Shown: in pieces, positions 10,080-20,479 of the stretch
Numbering within the stretch: the stretch's first letter is position 1
How the letters are laid out: the number at the start of each line of letters is the position of its first letter
Assembly (NCBI GenBank): GCA_016931255.1
Contig: JAFGFG010000005.1
Location: 7,053-71,052, forward strand
Direction: 5' to 3'
DNA length: 64,000 nt
From: Candidatus Aenigmatarchaeota archaeon
Lineage (GTDB): Archaea; Aenigmatarchaeota; Aenigmatarchaeia; QMZP01; JAFGSV01
The notes under the pieces: generated by a model
Told to the model about the DNA's origin: nothing
Database searches by the model: none
The model's input: only the letters and a program-made list of their open reading frames with translations
Translations under genes and position numbers: made by a program

Positions 10080-11084
10080 ATGGCAAACAGGAAACTGAAC
10101 CTTCAGGATATGGTATTCAATGTAAAGGACGACCCCATGCCCAAGGGCTCATGGTGGTGGTGGTTCTGGCTTCTCTTTTTCGACAATCCCAAGAATCCGA
10201 AGAAACCAAGGCAGCTGATGATTCTATGGTCAACCAAGAATGAGAAATCAATAGACTGCAATGGTAAACTTATGCTTCTCGGACCGCAGGATGACAGGAG
10301 CAATATGAACGGTGCGGTGGCTGCATGGTATTTCGACGGCGAAAAGATGAACCATAACTTCCTTCTCGAGCAGTGCAGGCTGAAAATCACTGGGAACAGT
10401 CTTGCATCCCAATCCCGGACGCCAACGACTTTTTTAATGGACGGAAAGAAGAGTGTTGTCACCATAGGGAATGGCCTGAAATTCACGGCACGGATGACAG
10501 AGAAGTGCGATTTCACAAAGCCTGACTACAGGACGAACCATTATCCTCTCGGCATGAATTACTCTCTGCTGAGGGTGAATCATCTTGACCTTGATGTTGT
10601 CCTGAACGGCGAAAAGCTGAAAGGAAGCGCATATTTTCAGAGGGTGTTCGTTAACTCACCGTCTCCCGGATGGTACTGGGGAGTGCTGCATTTTAAGAAA
10701 GGCGGAGTTCTCACATACTTTAACCCAAGATTCATGGGAAAGAGCGTAAAGCAGGACATAGTCCTCTTCGACGGGAAGGACACCCACAGATTCAAGCGAA
10801 TAGAAGTCCGTCGGATAGAAGCCGGTCCGTTCCCGGACTTCGTGATAAATGGCGAAAACGAGACCCATACAATAAAGTTTACAGTCGTTTCCTACGAGCA
10901 TTCGTCATGGACATTCAGGAAGCGCGCGTTCGGCATCTTTCCGAACAAGCTCGTTTACAACGAATACCCGATGACAGTCAGCGACCTCGTGCTTGAGGAC
11001 AAGAGAACCGGAAAGAAGATAACGTCGGACGACCTCGGTTTCGCAATAGGCAATGCCGAGCATTCAACAGGCCTGCTCCTCTGA
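10080..11084 (+). CDS. hypothetical beta-rich protein (possibly AttH/tocopherol-cyclase-like fold)
   Basis: 334-aa ORF with host-like codon use; WWWWFW and PGWYWG motifs; fold is a guess. Confidence 0.5.
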   Translation: MANRKLNLQDMVFNVKDDPMPKGSWWWWFWLLFFDNPKNPKKPRQLMILWSTKNEKSIDCNGKLMLLGPQDDRSNMNGAVAAWYFDGEKMNHNFLLEQCRLKITGNSLASQSRTPTTFLMDGKKSVVTIGNGLKFTARMTEKCDFTKPDYRTNHYPLGMNYSLLRVNHLDLDVVLNGEKLKGSAYFQRVFVNSPSPGWYWGVLHFKKGGVLTYFNPRFMGKSVKQDIVLFDGKDTHRFKRIEVRRIEAGPFPDFVINGENETHTIKFTVVSYEHSSWTFRKRAFGIFPNKLVYNEYPMTVSDLVLEDKRTGKKITSDDLGFAIGNAEHSTGLLL

Positions 11085-11142
11085 CAGCATGTAACAGAAT
11101 AGCTAAAGCGTAACTTATCGGGCTTGTGAATAAAAGAGAAAG

Positions 11143-11153
11143 TGCCCCCGCCG
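11143..11153 (-). repeat. tRNA 3'-end-like remnant, copy 1 (TGCCCCCGCCG)
   Basis: Reverse complement CGGCGGGGGCA resembles an archaeal tRNA-Glu 3' end; same 11-mer at 17762-17772. Confidence 0.45.
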
Positions 11154-11366
11154 AGACCTGAGCAATTTGTTCATATTAGGCGTAGCTTATTGCTTCTACT
11201 ATAGAATGATTCTTTAAAAATATAACCATGTCAGATTTCATGAAAATCATGAAAAATTAAACTCTAATACATTTAAATTTAAACTTTTTGTTTTTTTTTT
11301 GCATTACGGCTCTACAAAAATTTGAGTGTTTAAACCCCCTTTTATAAGTCCCGTATTATTTCAATC

Positions 11367-14300
11367 ATGGACTTCAGGAAAAGTTCCGCCGCGACAATTT
11401 CTCTGGTAGCGTTATTCTTCTCTATGATTGTCGTCATTTATTCCGTTAACTATGCAACGGCACTCGACGAGCCGACACTTGTCCACATCTATGACGACAT
11501 AGGTCCGTTCCATGCCTGCTCCTATTACAGCCTGAACTCCTTCGACAAACTAAGCAAGCTCGACACCACAACGCTGACGCTTGACAGCAAGAACGAGGTC
11601 ATCGGAAAGATCAGTAACGGGAAGTGGGAATGGAAGCTCACCGTCCCGTACACCGTGGCTGTCGTGGACGAGAAAATCCCGCGAACAGTGACATCTTGCC
11701 AGGAAGACAACGTAACGAAAGAAGAGATATGCAACGAAGAAACTGCATATGATTACACTTACAAGGACGAGACAAGATACAAAAACGTGTGGAAGCCGTT
11801 TGACGACTACAAGATGGTCTATAATCATGACATTGGCGTGAAAACCAATCCTGTCCAGATGGTCCGTTACTGTGCCGACACAGAACTCGTGCAGGAAGGA
11901 GGCCTTTGGAGACTGGCCGTGGACATCATCCCGACATTCGACGGCAGGGTATATCCGGAGTACAACTGGTGGAACACCTCCATGACCAGATCGAACGTTA
12001 CGACTATAAACAGTGACGCCGAACTTTTCTTGGTGAATGACACTTACGGGCTCGACATAGGAGGAGGTATACAGTACATCTGGTGTGAGAAGGGAACTAC
12101 CCAGATATACAACGACACAAATGGTAATATATACTGCTCAAATGGAACTGACAGACTTCTGACAATCATAGACGAAGGTAATGGAACTGATTATAATCTC
12201 ATAGGGTTGGACGGAGATATTCTGCGATTCTACACGCTCAATGGCACGGACACTTATGACCACAGCGTTTATGGTGTCCACGGCATAAACCAGACAAATA
12301 TAGATTCGATAGAAGGGCAGATAGGCAAGGCTCTCAACTTCACAGGAAACTCACATTTTGAAGTTCCCGACTTGTACAACACAGCACCGGCTGCCGGAAC
12401 AATGCTCATGTGGGTATATATGACTGATGCACAATCTACATGCAGGAATGAGAAGCTGATTGATTCAAACAACTTCTTCCAGATAAACTTTCATAACTAT
12501 GCTTCCTACACCCAGACCATAGAATTCCATAGCAGAAGCGGGAGTTCCACCGACAAGATACGTTATCTATCGGGAGATTATGTCCATCCTATGAATCAGT
12601 GGTTCTTTTTGACGATTGAATGGAACTCGACTGGTTTCAGTATGTATGTCAATGACAGTAAAATAACGACGTGGGATACATCAACGTTTAACGCAGGAGT
12701 AGTCGGAGGGTTCGATTCGGACTGGAGATTCGGGGAGAACATAGCCGGTACTGCCGATTGTCTCAATGCCGGATTTGACAATGTGTTGTTCCTAAATAGG
12801 TCGATATCTAACGCGGAAAGGACTGCATACTACGAGAACACCAAGCCAGATGGCTATTCAGATGTTGGAGACATGGAAACGTATCACATCACTAAAACAA
12901 ATATATACCAACCAATAAACGATACTGTTCACAACAAAGACACGATAAACCTTCTCTGGTCCTTCGAAGACTCCGAATACGAAGAACCAGTCTGGGCAGC
13001 CTACAGCTTCAACGACAACATAACGAACGAGAGCCTCTTCTTCAACGACGAAAATTACACGAAATTCTTCTTTCCACTGAGTTCTGGAAATTTGGATCTT
13101 TATACGCCTGTAGGCAACCCCAATGGGATAGCGACCAATGGTTCCTATATTTGGATAACAGACGGTCAGCAGAACTCTGTCTACGTGTTCACAACAGAAG
13201 GCGAATACGTAGACGATTTCCAGCTCAGCGAATTTCATTCCTCAATACTTGGAATTACCACAAACGGTACATATATTTGGATATCGGACCCGAATAATCA
13301 TAGTGTCTTCATGTATGACATGAACGGTGATTACACCGGAATCAATTTCAGTGTTATACAGGATGACGGCACTGATCCAGCATTCGGCATGGACAATGAC
13401 GGAACATATTTTTGGTTGACAAAATACCTTGATAAAGGAATTTTCAGGTACTGGATTAACAACAGGACTTTCTCGGATTTCAATTTCAGCGTCGCCGATG
13501 AAACAGACGACCCATGGGGCTCAACCACCAACGGCACTTATATATGGGTAACCGATAATGTCGATGGCAAGATATACAAATACGAAACAGATGGAGATTA
13601 TACGGGAAGAAGCTTTTCCACTGCAGCTAGCAACTCCAATCCGAGAGGCATAGCGGCTTCGTATCCCTTCCTTTGGGTTGTTGACAGTACGGATTATTCT
13701 GTTTTCAAGTATGCGTACGCACCCACATTCAGCAACGTTACCCTGCAGACTTCCCAAGGTTGGAACAATGTGACGGTATGTGCCAATAACACCGATGGCG
13801 ACCTCGCCTGCAACTCCACCACTTTCTTCGTTGATTCCATACCACCTGAAATTAACATCACATTCCCGCAGAACAACACCCGCTACAACTTTACATGGGT
13901 TAATATAACAGGGACAGCCAACGACACTAATATCGATACCGTATGGATAAACGACACCAACTTCGGTATCAATCTGGACGACTACTACAACTGGAACTTC
14001 ACCAACATGAGCATAGAAGAAGGAGACTACTCGCTTACTGTTTATGCCAACGACACAGCAGGGAACGAGGTGAGCACTGAGGTGCATTTTATGATTGGTG
14101 TGTGGAATGTGACGTTCCACGTATATAGTGGGGAATATGGAGAAGAATTAACAAGTATTATTGTTTTCTGCAATAATTCAATAATTTATTCTTTAGACAG
14201 CGGTGACACGGTAAGCTTTACGACAGGCGATTTTAGTTGTATATTCGATGAAGAAAATTTCTATAATAAGACTGTAGAATTTACTGTAAATAACGACACG

Positions 14301-15074
14301 GAAATAGATGTGACACTTTCTATAATGGGCGGCCTAACAGTAGAAGAACATGTATGGCTAGATTATTTATATGACTGCTGGTCAACTGGTGATTGCAGGG
14401 ACACCTTGAACAACATAGAGACGACTGTAGTATACATCAACCAGACCACGGAACAGATAAAGGAAACCGTTGACAACGTCTGGGATCAATTTGAACAGAC
14501 GGACGAGGACGTGGTCGAAGAGACACGTATAAATATGGAAGTCAACGAATCTTCCAACATAACGATCAACTACTCGATAAATGTGCCTGTAAAGCAGGAC
14601 TATCAGTTCCTTCCGATAAGGATATTCTACTGGTTCCTTGACGAGACGAACACATCATGTTACAGCCAGGGAAACTATACTGTTGAGATGGTGGAGCCGT
14701 ACTGTCAGCCGCTGGTCGCCCACACCATCGGTGAGGTAAACACCGTCCTCAACTTCACGGTCGAGATGAGGCCGAGCCTGCCTACAGGGAATTACACGCT
14801 GGTCAGGAGGATAGACATAGACCCCGACGAGATATGGATAAACTACGGGCATGAAGTTATAGGAACGATTGATGTGACAGAGGATTCGACTCAGAACAGC
14901 ATCGGTCTTAAGGTGGCAGGAAATGGTCCGACCGCTGAAGAAGTGAGATCCGATAGTGTGACCGGAGAGGTCATAGGATTCATGTTCGACAACGGAACGG
15001 TCTCACTCATAGTCTCGGTGATGTCACTAGTAGTCGTTGTGACATACATAACATCAAGAAAGAAAATTAGATAA
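11367..15074 (+). CDS. large membrane-anchored surface glycoprotein (LamG-like, NHL/beta-propeller repeats, Ig-like)
   Basis: Signal peptide; LamG-like GKALNF..WFFLTIEW..FDNV; repeated GIxTNGxYIWxxD; many N-x-S/T sites; C-terminal TM helix. Confidence 0.8.
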   Translation: MDFRKSSAATISLVALFFSMIVVIYSVNYATALDEPTLVHIYDDIGPFHACSYYSLNSFDKLSKLDTTTLTLDSKNEVIGKISNGKWEWKLTVPYTVAVVDEKIPRTVTSCQEDNVTKEEICNEETAYDYTYKDETRYKNVWKPFDDYKMVYNHDIGVKTNPVQMVRYCADTELVQEGGLWRLAVDIIPTFDGRVYPEYNWWNTSMTRSNVTTINSDAELFLVNDTYGLDIGGGIQYIWCEKGTTQIYNDTNGNIYCSNGTDRLLTIIDEGNGTDYNLIGLDGDILRFYTLNGTDTYDHSVYGVHGINQTNIDSIEGQIGKALNFTGNSHFEVPDLYNTAPAAGTMLMWVYMTDAQSTCRNEKLIDSNNFFQINFHNYASYTQTIEFHSRSGSSTDKIRYLSGDYVHPMNQWFFLTIEWNSTGFSMYVNDSKITTWDTSTFNAGVVGGFDSDWRFGENIAGTADCLNAGFDNVLFLNRSISNAERTAYYENTKPDGYSDVGDMETYHITKTNIYQPINDTVHNKDTINLLWSFEDSEYEEPVWAAYSFNDNITNESLFFNDENYTKFFFPLSSGNLDLYTPVGNPNGIATNGSYIWITDGQQNSVYVFTTEGEYVDDFQLSEFHSSILGITTNGTYIWISDPNNHSVFMYDMNGDYTGINFSVIQDDGTDPAFGMDNDGTYFWLTKYLDKGIFRYWINNRTFSDFNFSVADETDDPWGSTTNGTYIWVTDNVDGKIYKYETDGDYTGRSFSTAASNSNPRGIAASYPFLWVVDSTDYSVFKYAYAPTFSNVTLQTSQGWNNVTVCANNTDGDLACNSTTFFVDSIPPEINITFPQNNTRYNFTWVNITGTANDTNIDTVWINDTNFGINLDDYYNWNFTNMSIEEGDYSLTVYANDTAGNEVSTEVHFMIGVWNVTFHVYSGEYGEELTSIIVFCNNSIIYSLDSGDTVSFTTGDFSCIFDEENFYNKTVEFTVNNDTEIDVTLSIMGGLTVEEHVWLDYLYDCWSTGDCRDTLNNIETTVVYINQTTEQIKETVDNVWDQFEQTDEDVVEETRINMEVNESSNITINYSINVPVKQDYQFLPIRIFYWFLDETNTSCYSQGNYTVEMVEPYCQPLVAHTIGEVNTVLNFTVEMRPSLPTGNYTLVRRIDIDPDEIWINYGHEVIGTIDVTEDSTQNSIGLKVAGNGPTAEEVRSDSVTGEVIGFMFDNGTVSLIVSVMSLVVVVTYITSRKKIR

Positions 15075-15119
15075 ACGTTTAAACGTGGCTTTTATTTGAA
15101 TGATTATACAAATACTATC

Positions 15120-17648
15120 ATGAGAGGCATAATCGCCATAACTGGTCTCTTATTGGTTTTATTATCCTCATTTGTAAATGCGAATGCACAGCCTTATTTG
15201 TTTGAGAACCACACTTGGCAAGAAAATTTGATTGGCGCGGAGTTCGTTTCTAGTGCATGGGGCGATATAGACAATGACGGAGATTTGGATTTGGCACTTA
15301 CTGGATGCACATATTACGGTGGCAGTGGCTGTACAAGTTTTATTGCAAAAATGTACATCAACAATGGTACATCTTTAGTTGAAGATTATGTATGGGGTGG
15401 TAATATGACCCCAATAAATTATGGCTCCATCTCTTGGGGCGATATAGACAATGACGGTGACTTGGATTTAATTTCTATCGGATGTAGTGATGGAGGTGGA
15501 ACGGTTGGTGTATGCGGTGATTTTGGATACCAAACATTTGTATACATCAACAATGGTACATCTTTAGTTGAAGATTATGTATGGGGTGGAAATCTAGAGA
15601 AAATATGGAAGGGTTCTGCAGTACTTGGCGATATAAACAATGATGGTAGATTAGACGCGGTTTTAACCGGTCAAAGTGCCAGCGGTAAAATTTCGAACGT
15701 GTACATAAACAATGGTACATCATTGGTAGAAGATTCTGTATGGGGTGATGCTCTAACTTCACTTTATGAAAGTTCAGCAATTCTGGGTGATGTCAATAAT
15801 GACTGCAACATAGACTTAATATTGTGCGGTGATGAAGGTATCTCGAACGAAATAACAGAAGTCTATCTTAACAATGGCACCAACTTTATCGAAAGTTCTA
15901 CATGGCAACAAAATTTATTGGGTGTTGATTGGTGCTCTTTGTCATCCGCAGATTACGACAATGACGGTGATTTGGACTTAGCATTAATTGGTCATACTAC
16001 ACAAGACAATCAGCGTATTTACAGAAACACAGGAGAGAACTTTACAGAAATTCAGAAAGAAATAGGAGACCTAGTAGGAATTTTTGAGGGGTCCATGTCA
16101 TTTGGGGATTACGATAACGACGGTTATCTCGATTTGATAGCAACTGGAAATGAAGGGTATACTACTCTTTACTTATTCAACTCGTCTAGAAATAAATTCA
16201 CACAGTCTGTGGAAGACCCGGAAACAAGTATTTTAAATCTTGAAAAAGGAAGTTCCATTTCTTTTGTAGACATAGATAATGACCAAGATTTAGATTTGTC
16301 AATATTCGGTTATTTGGAACCCGTGGATCAGCAGGCTAGAATATATGTAAACAACATTTCATCATCAAACACATTGCCGACAGAACCAATTTCTGATTTT
16401 ATTGACGAATACAACAATAGTCTATTAAATCTATCGTGGGGAGGCGGTCTTGATGCAGAGACAGCAACACCCGGATTATATTACAATCTCCGTGTAGGAA
16501 CCTGCTCAGGTTGTCATAATATCGTATCTGGGGTATACGGCGGTTCTTCGAATCCCACTGCAGGTTACTTCGGCAACATGATGCAGAGGAAGTCGTTTAC
16601 TCTGAAAAGGAGCTTTGACCCAGGAACGACCATATACTGGGCAGTGCAGACGATTGACGCTGGACTTGCAAAATCGGAGTGGTCGGAAGAACAGGTGTAC
16701 GTGATACATGGAAACGAATCAAACTGCACTCCTTCCTGGTCATGTATAAGCTGGGGAGCATGCCAGCCGACTGATATACAGACCTGCATCTCGTGGACAG
16801 ATGCCAACAGCTGCAATGAAAGCTATAATGGCTCCAGCACGAGAAGCTGCACCTATGATGATGGAGGAAGCGGCGGGGGATCATCAGGTGGTTCATCTTT
16901 TGTATCTCCAGTTACAAGAGAATACACTTTCAATGCTATCAATAAAGGAGTTCTTGCCTCAAAGAACATCTCCGGCGGGATAACTGTAAGACTCGCTGTC
17001 AGGAACAATGTCACAAACGTGGACATAAAAGCCCACATGACCGCAGAAAAGCCCGCTTCCATAGCAAAAGACGTGTCAGGAAAAGTCGTCTACCGGTACA
17101 TGGAGATAACATCATCAGGAATCAATGATTCTGACATCGAGGAAGCGACAATAGAATTCAACATCACAAGCGAATGGTTATCCGATAACAAGATAGTCCC
17201 TGAGAGCGTGACGTTGCTCAGATACCACGAAAATGACTGGCAGGAACTGCAGACTGAAATGACATCGCATGATGACCATTTCTACTACTATTCAGCATCC
17301 ACTCCCGGCTTCTCATACTTTGCCATAACTGGCGAAGAGATAACAGAAGATGCAGATGCCACTGGCAATGCTAATCCGTCACTGCTATGCGACCCCGGTT
17401 CCAGGAGATGCTCAGGCAGCGAGCTTCAGGAATGCAACATGCTTGGAACCGTGTGGATAGCAAAGGAGCTTTGCGAGAACGGATGCGACCCACAAACCCG
17501 GACATTCATTCAATCACCGTCAGATATCCCATGGCAATACGTCATCGCATTGCTGGCAGCCGCTGTAGTGATTGCAGTTTTCCTGTTAAGAAAAGGCAGC
17601 AAGCCCAAGACACTGGAAGATGCACTGAAAGGCGTGCCGAACCGTTAA
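15120..17648 (+). CDS. surface protein with FG-GAP/VCBS repeats and a PGF-pre-PGF domain
   Basis: About seven GDxDNDGDLD-type repeats; TPGFSYFAI; C-terminal TM helix. Confidence 0.85.
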   Translation: MRGIIAITGLLLVLLSSFVNANAQPYLFENHTWQENLIGAEFVSSAWGDIDNDGDLDLALTGCTYYGGSGCTSFIAKMYINNGTSLVEDYVWGGNMTPINYGSISWGDIDNDGDLDLISIGCSDGGGTVGVCGDFGYQTFVYINNGTSLVEDYVWGGNLEKIWKGSAVLGDINNDGRLDAVLTGQSASGKISNVYINNGTSLVEDSVWGDALTSLYESSAILGDVNNDCNIDLILCGDEGISNEITEVYLNNGTNFIESSTWQQNLLGVDWCSLSSADYDNDGDLDLALIGHTTQDNQRIYRNTGENFTEIQKEIGDLVGIFEGSMSFGDYDNDGYLDLIATGNEGYTTLYLFNSSRNKFTQSVEDPETSILNLEKGSSISFVDIDNDQDLDLSIFGYLEPVDQQARIYVNNISSSNTLPTEPISDFIDEYNNSLLNLSWGGGLDAETATPGLYYNLRVGTCSGCHNIVSGVYGGSSNPTAGYFGNMMQRKSFTLKRSFDPGTTIYWAVQTIDAGLAKSEWSEEQVYVIHGNESNCTPSWSCISWGACQPTDIQTCISWTDANSCNESYNGSSTRSCTYDDGGSGGGSSGGSSFVSPVTREYTFNAINKGVLASKNISGGITVRLAVRNNVTNVDIKAHMTAEKPASIAKDVSGKVVYRYMEITSSGINDSDIEEATIEFNITSEWLSDNKIVPESVTLLRYHENDWQELQTEMTSHDDHFYYYSASTPGFSYFAITGEEITEDADATGNANPSLLCDPGSRRCSGSELQECNMLGTVWIAKELCENGCDPQTRTFIQSPSDIPWQYVIALLAAAVVIAVFLLRKGSKPKTLEDALKGVPNR
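15354..15589 (+). repeat. 47-nt exact intragenic direct repeat (15354-15400 and 15543-15589)
   Basis: TACATCAACAATGGTACATCTTTAGTTGAAGATTATGTATGGGGTGG occurs twice, with a diverged third copy near 15702. Confidence 0.9.
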
Positions 17649-17761
17649 TGAAATCCGAAGCCTGAAAAGTGCAGTTCCCCCGCTATTTTGTGCAATGCCC
17701 TGACTGGGAATCGGGAAAAATTGTCAAAAACGGTATCATGCGAAGTTATAATAAATTAAGA

Positions 17762-17774
17762 TGCCCCCGCCGGG
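17762..17774 (-). repeat. tRNA 3'-end-like remnant, copy 2
   Basis: TGCCCCCGCCGGG; reverse complement CCCGGCGGGGGCA. Confidence 0.45.
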
Positions 17775-17790
17775 CACTGAATGGGTTTGT

Positions 17791-19104
17791 TTACTCGTAA
17801 TACTCCAGTCCCAAGTGCGTGATAAGCTCCTCGCCCATCATGTGCCTCAGCGTGTTCTTGAGCTTCGTGTGCTGTATGAACAGGTCATGCTCCGGATGTA
17901 CCTGTGGTGCATGCATCGGCGCCTTGAAGTAGAATGAAAGCCATTCCTGAATTCCCTTCATTCCGGCCCTCTGCGCAAGGTCGCTGAACAGTGCAAGGTC
18001 CAGTACAATCGGTGCTGCAAGTATGCTGTCCTTGCAGAGGAAGTTAACCTTCAGCTGCATCGGGTATCCCATCCATCCGAAGATGTCGATATTGTCCCAT
18101 CCTTCCTTGTCATCGCCTTTTGGAGGATAGTAGTTAATCCTCACTTTGTGGTAAGTGTCCTTGTAGAGGTCCGGGTACATGTCAGGCTGGAATATGAACT
18201 CGAGCGCGGATTTCTTGCTTATCTCCTTGCTCTTGAAGGAGCCGGGGTCATCCAGCACGAGTCCGTCCCTGTTTCCAAGGATATTCGTGGAGAACCATCC
18301 TCTGACACCGAGCATCCTGGCCTTTAGCGCCGGAGCAATGACAGTCTTCATCAGCGTCTGGCCTGTCTTGAAGTCCTTTCCTGAGATTGGAACGCCTTTC
18401 TGCCTTGCAAGCTCGTCAAGAGCCGGTATGTCTGTTGTCAGGTGGGGAGCGCCGTTTGCGTAAGGCACGCCCTCCATTATTGATGCGTAAGCGTATATCA
18501 TCGATGGCGAAATCCACTCATCGTTGTTCTTCAGCCCGTTCTCGAATGACTCTATGGTCTCATGCACCGGGTGCTGTTCTATGTACACTTCCGTGCTTCC
18601 GCACCACACAACGACCATCCTGTCAAGCTTCTTTGCCTTCCTGAAGTTCCTTATGTCTTCGCGGACTTCCTGTGCCATTTCCCATTTGCTGCCTTTCTTC
18701 TTGTTCGGCCCGTCTATGTTGTGTATGAATTTCTGGTCAAAGACAGCCTTCAGGGGTTTCACTTTTTCCATCTCGCCCCTGACATCCGCAAGGTCGCGCA
18801 CATCAAGCACACCCGCCTTTACAGCAGCTTCGTAAGCATTGTCATCGAAAATGTCCCATGCGGCGAACTCTATGTCCCTGAGGTCAGCAAGCGGCACGAA
18901 ATCCCTTATGAGAGGGCTTCGCGACTTGTCCCTGCCACCGAGCCTTATTGTCTGCATCTGCGTGACGCTTCCGAAAGGCTTCGAAAGTCCTTTCCTTATC
19001 CTGAAGACACCCGCCATGAATGTGGTGCTCACTGCACCAAGACCTGGTGTAAGTATACCGAGCTTCCCTGTAGCCGGCTTTATTTTGACTTTAGTCATAA
19101 TCAT
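17791..19104 (-). CDS. ino1: myo-inositol-1-phosphate synthase
   Basis: GLGAVST, GKDFKTGQT, NILGNRDG, KDSILAAP. Confidence 0.95.
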   Translation of the reverse strand: MIMTKVKIKPATGKLGILTPGLGAVSTTFMAGVFRIRKGLSKPFGSVTQMQTIRLGGRDKSRSPLIRDFVPLADLRDIEFAAWDIFDDNAYEAAVKAGVLDVRDLADVRGEMEKVKPLKAVFDQKFIHNIDGPNKKKGSKWEMAQEVREDIRNFRKAKKLDRMVVVWCGSTEVYIEQHPVHETIESFENGLKNNDEWISPSMIYAYASIMEGVPYANGAPHLTTDIPALDELARQKGVPISGKDFKTGQTLMKTVIAPALKARMLGVRGWFSTNILGNRDGLVLDDPGSFKSKEISKKSALEFIFQPDMYPDLYKDTYHKVRINYYPPKGDDKEGWDNIDIFGWMGYPMQLKVNFLCKDSILAAPIVLDLALFSDLAQRAGMKGIQEWLSFYFKAPMHAPQVHPEHDLFIQHTKLKNTLRHMMGEELITHLGLEYYE

Positions 19105-19177
19105 ACCTCCAACGATGTTTTATATGTATAAAATAGTTTAGTTAACTTATATATTTTACGAGTGTAAAATAATCTTC

Positions 19178-19492
19178 ATGAAGGGAAAGCTTCTCAAAAG
19201 GCTCGGAGACCTGAATACCAAGGACTGCCTCTGGACATACATCCTGCGGATACTTTCGGACGGTCCTGTTCATGCGTATTCGGTGAGGGCTGAGGTGCGC
19301 AGGAGGTTCGGCTTCCAGCCAGGCACAGTCACTGCTTACAGGGTGCTTTATTCGCTGACAGCCAACGGATTCGTGACCAAGAAAGCTGACGGCAGGCGAA
19401 AGGTTTACAGCATAACCCCGAAAGGAAAATCCGAGCTTGAGGCAGCTGTATCATTCTACAAAAAGCAGTTCAAAGACCTTTCGGTCTCATGA
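19178..19492 (+). CDS. PadR-family transcriptional regulator
   Basis: GPVHAY, YRVLYSL..GFV, RKVYSITPKG. Confidence 0.85.
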   Translation: MKGKLLKRLGDLNTKDCLWTYILRILSDGPVHAYSVRAEVRRRFGFQPGTVTAYRVLYSLTANGFVTKKADGRRKVYSITPKGKSELEAAVSFYKKQFKDLSVS

Positions 19493-20138
19493 AGCCCAGT
19501 TTGGTCAGTGTCGATAGCGAATGTATCATGGGATTCGTCCTCTTCCCGTAAGCACGCGTCTGCCTGTTTTTCAGAGCCTTCGGAAGCTCGTTTATGTCGC
19601 TTATCTCTGCCACAGTGAATGCATTTCCCACTTCGTACCTGCAGTGCGAGTCAGAGCCTCCTGTGACACCGAGGCCGTTCTCTTCAGCGAATGCCCTTGC
19701 CCTCCTGTTGAACCGGTTGAGCAGCACGCGCGCATTGACTGCCTCCACTCCGTCCATGTGCTTCTTGTATTCCTCAATCATTTTGAAATTCGCCCTGAAC
19801 GTGTCGAAGGGATGCGCCACCACCATTATCCCGCCCTGTGACTTTATGGCATCTTTCACTGCATGGAACTCATCGGGCTTTATCTCCTCGTTTATGAAAT
19901 AAGCAAGAACCTCACCGATTTTCTTCCCGTTATGGAACACCTTCACTTCCTCTGCCTTTATGACATCGATTCCATACATTTTCCCTGCAGACAGTGCCCT
20001 CTTCCATCCCTTCGTGGTGTTGTGGTCAGTGACAGCTACGCTGTTGAGTCCTTCCTTCTTTGCTGCCTTCACATAATCATCAGGGCTTATTATTGCATCG
20101 TCGGAGTAGAAAGTGTGCCCATGCATCTCTATTTTCAT
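19470..20138 (-). CDS. PHP-domain phosphoesterase
   Basis: HGHT, TDHN, AHP, GGSDSH. Confidence 0.9.
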   Translation of the reverse strand: MKIEMHGHTFYSDDAIISPDDYVKAAKKEGLNSVAVTDHNTTKGWKRALSAGKMYGIDVIKAEEVKVFHNGKKIGEVLAYFINEEIKPDEFHAVKDAIKSQGGIMVVAHPFDTFRANFKMIEEYKKHMDGVEAVNARVLLNRFNRRARAFAEENGLGVTGGSDSHCRYEVGNAFTVAEISDINELPKALKNRQTRAYGKRTNPMIHSLSTLTKLGFMRPKGL

Positions 20139-20479
20139 TTGCCCACCTTTTCCTTTCCGGACTTTATGGTTCCCGAGACCCTCAGTGTCCTGAAAATGAC
20201 CTTTGAGTCTCCTATCTGATGTATCAGCGCAAGGGACATCTTTATGTCATCAACTGATTTCGGGGTGCATGATATCCATCCCTCCTGCCTGCTCTCATCC
20301 CAGAGGTTCCTCAGAATCTTTACATTCGCAAGCGAGACTCCCTTCTCACCAACCCAGTTGAGCGCGGAATTGGTCACAGCTCCTTTAAGCTCACTGAAGC
20401 TTACAGGCAGTTCGGATATCAGCCTGAATGTTATGTATCTCCTGCTTTCCCTCATCGAAGGCGGCCTTCTGAGTTTCAT
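20135..20479 (-). CDS. rnp2: RNase P protein Pop5/Rpp14
   Basis: PPSMRESRRYI and RTLRVSGTIK; adjacent to Rpp30. Confidence 0.9.
   Translation of the reverse strand: MKLRRPPSMRESRRYITFRLISELPVSFSELKGAVTNSALNWVGEKGVSLANVKILRNLWDESRQEGWISCTPKSVDDIKMSLALIHQIGDSKVIFRTLRVSGTIKSGKEKVGK

Noticed and set aside
11285-11300. T10 tract upstream of the large surface protein (phase variation)
   Set aside because: It could equally be a terminator or AT-rich spacer; there is no length-variation evidence.
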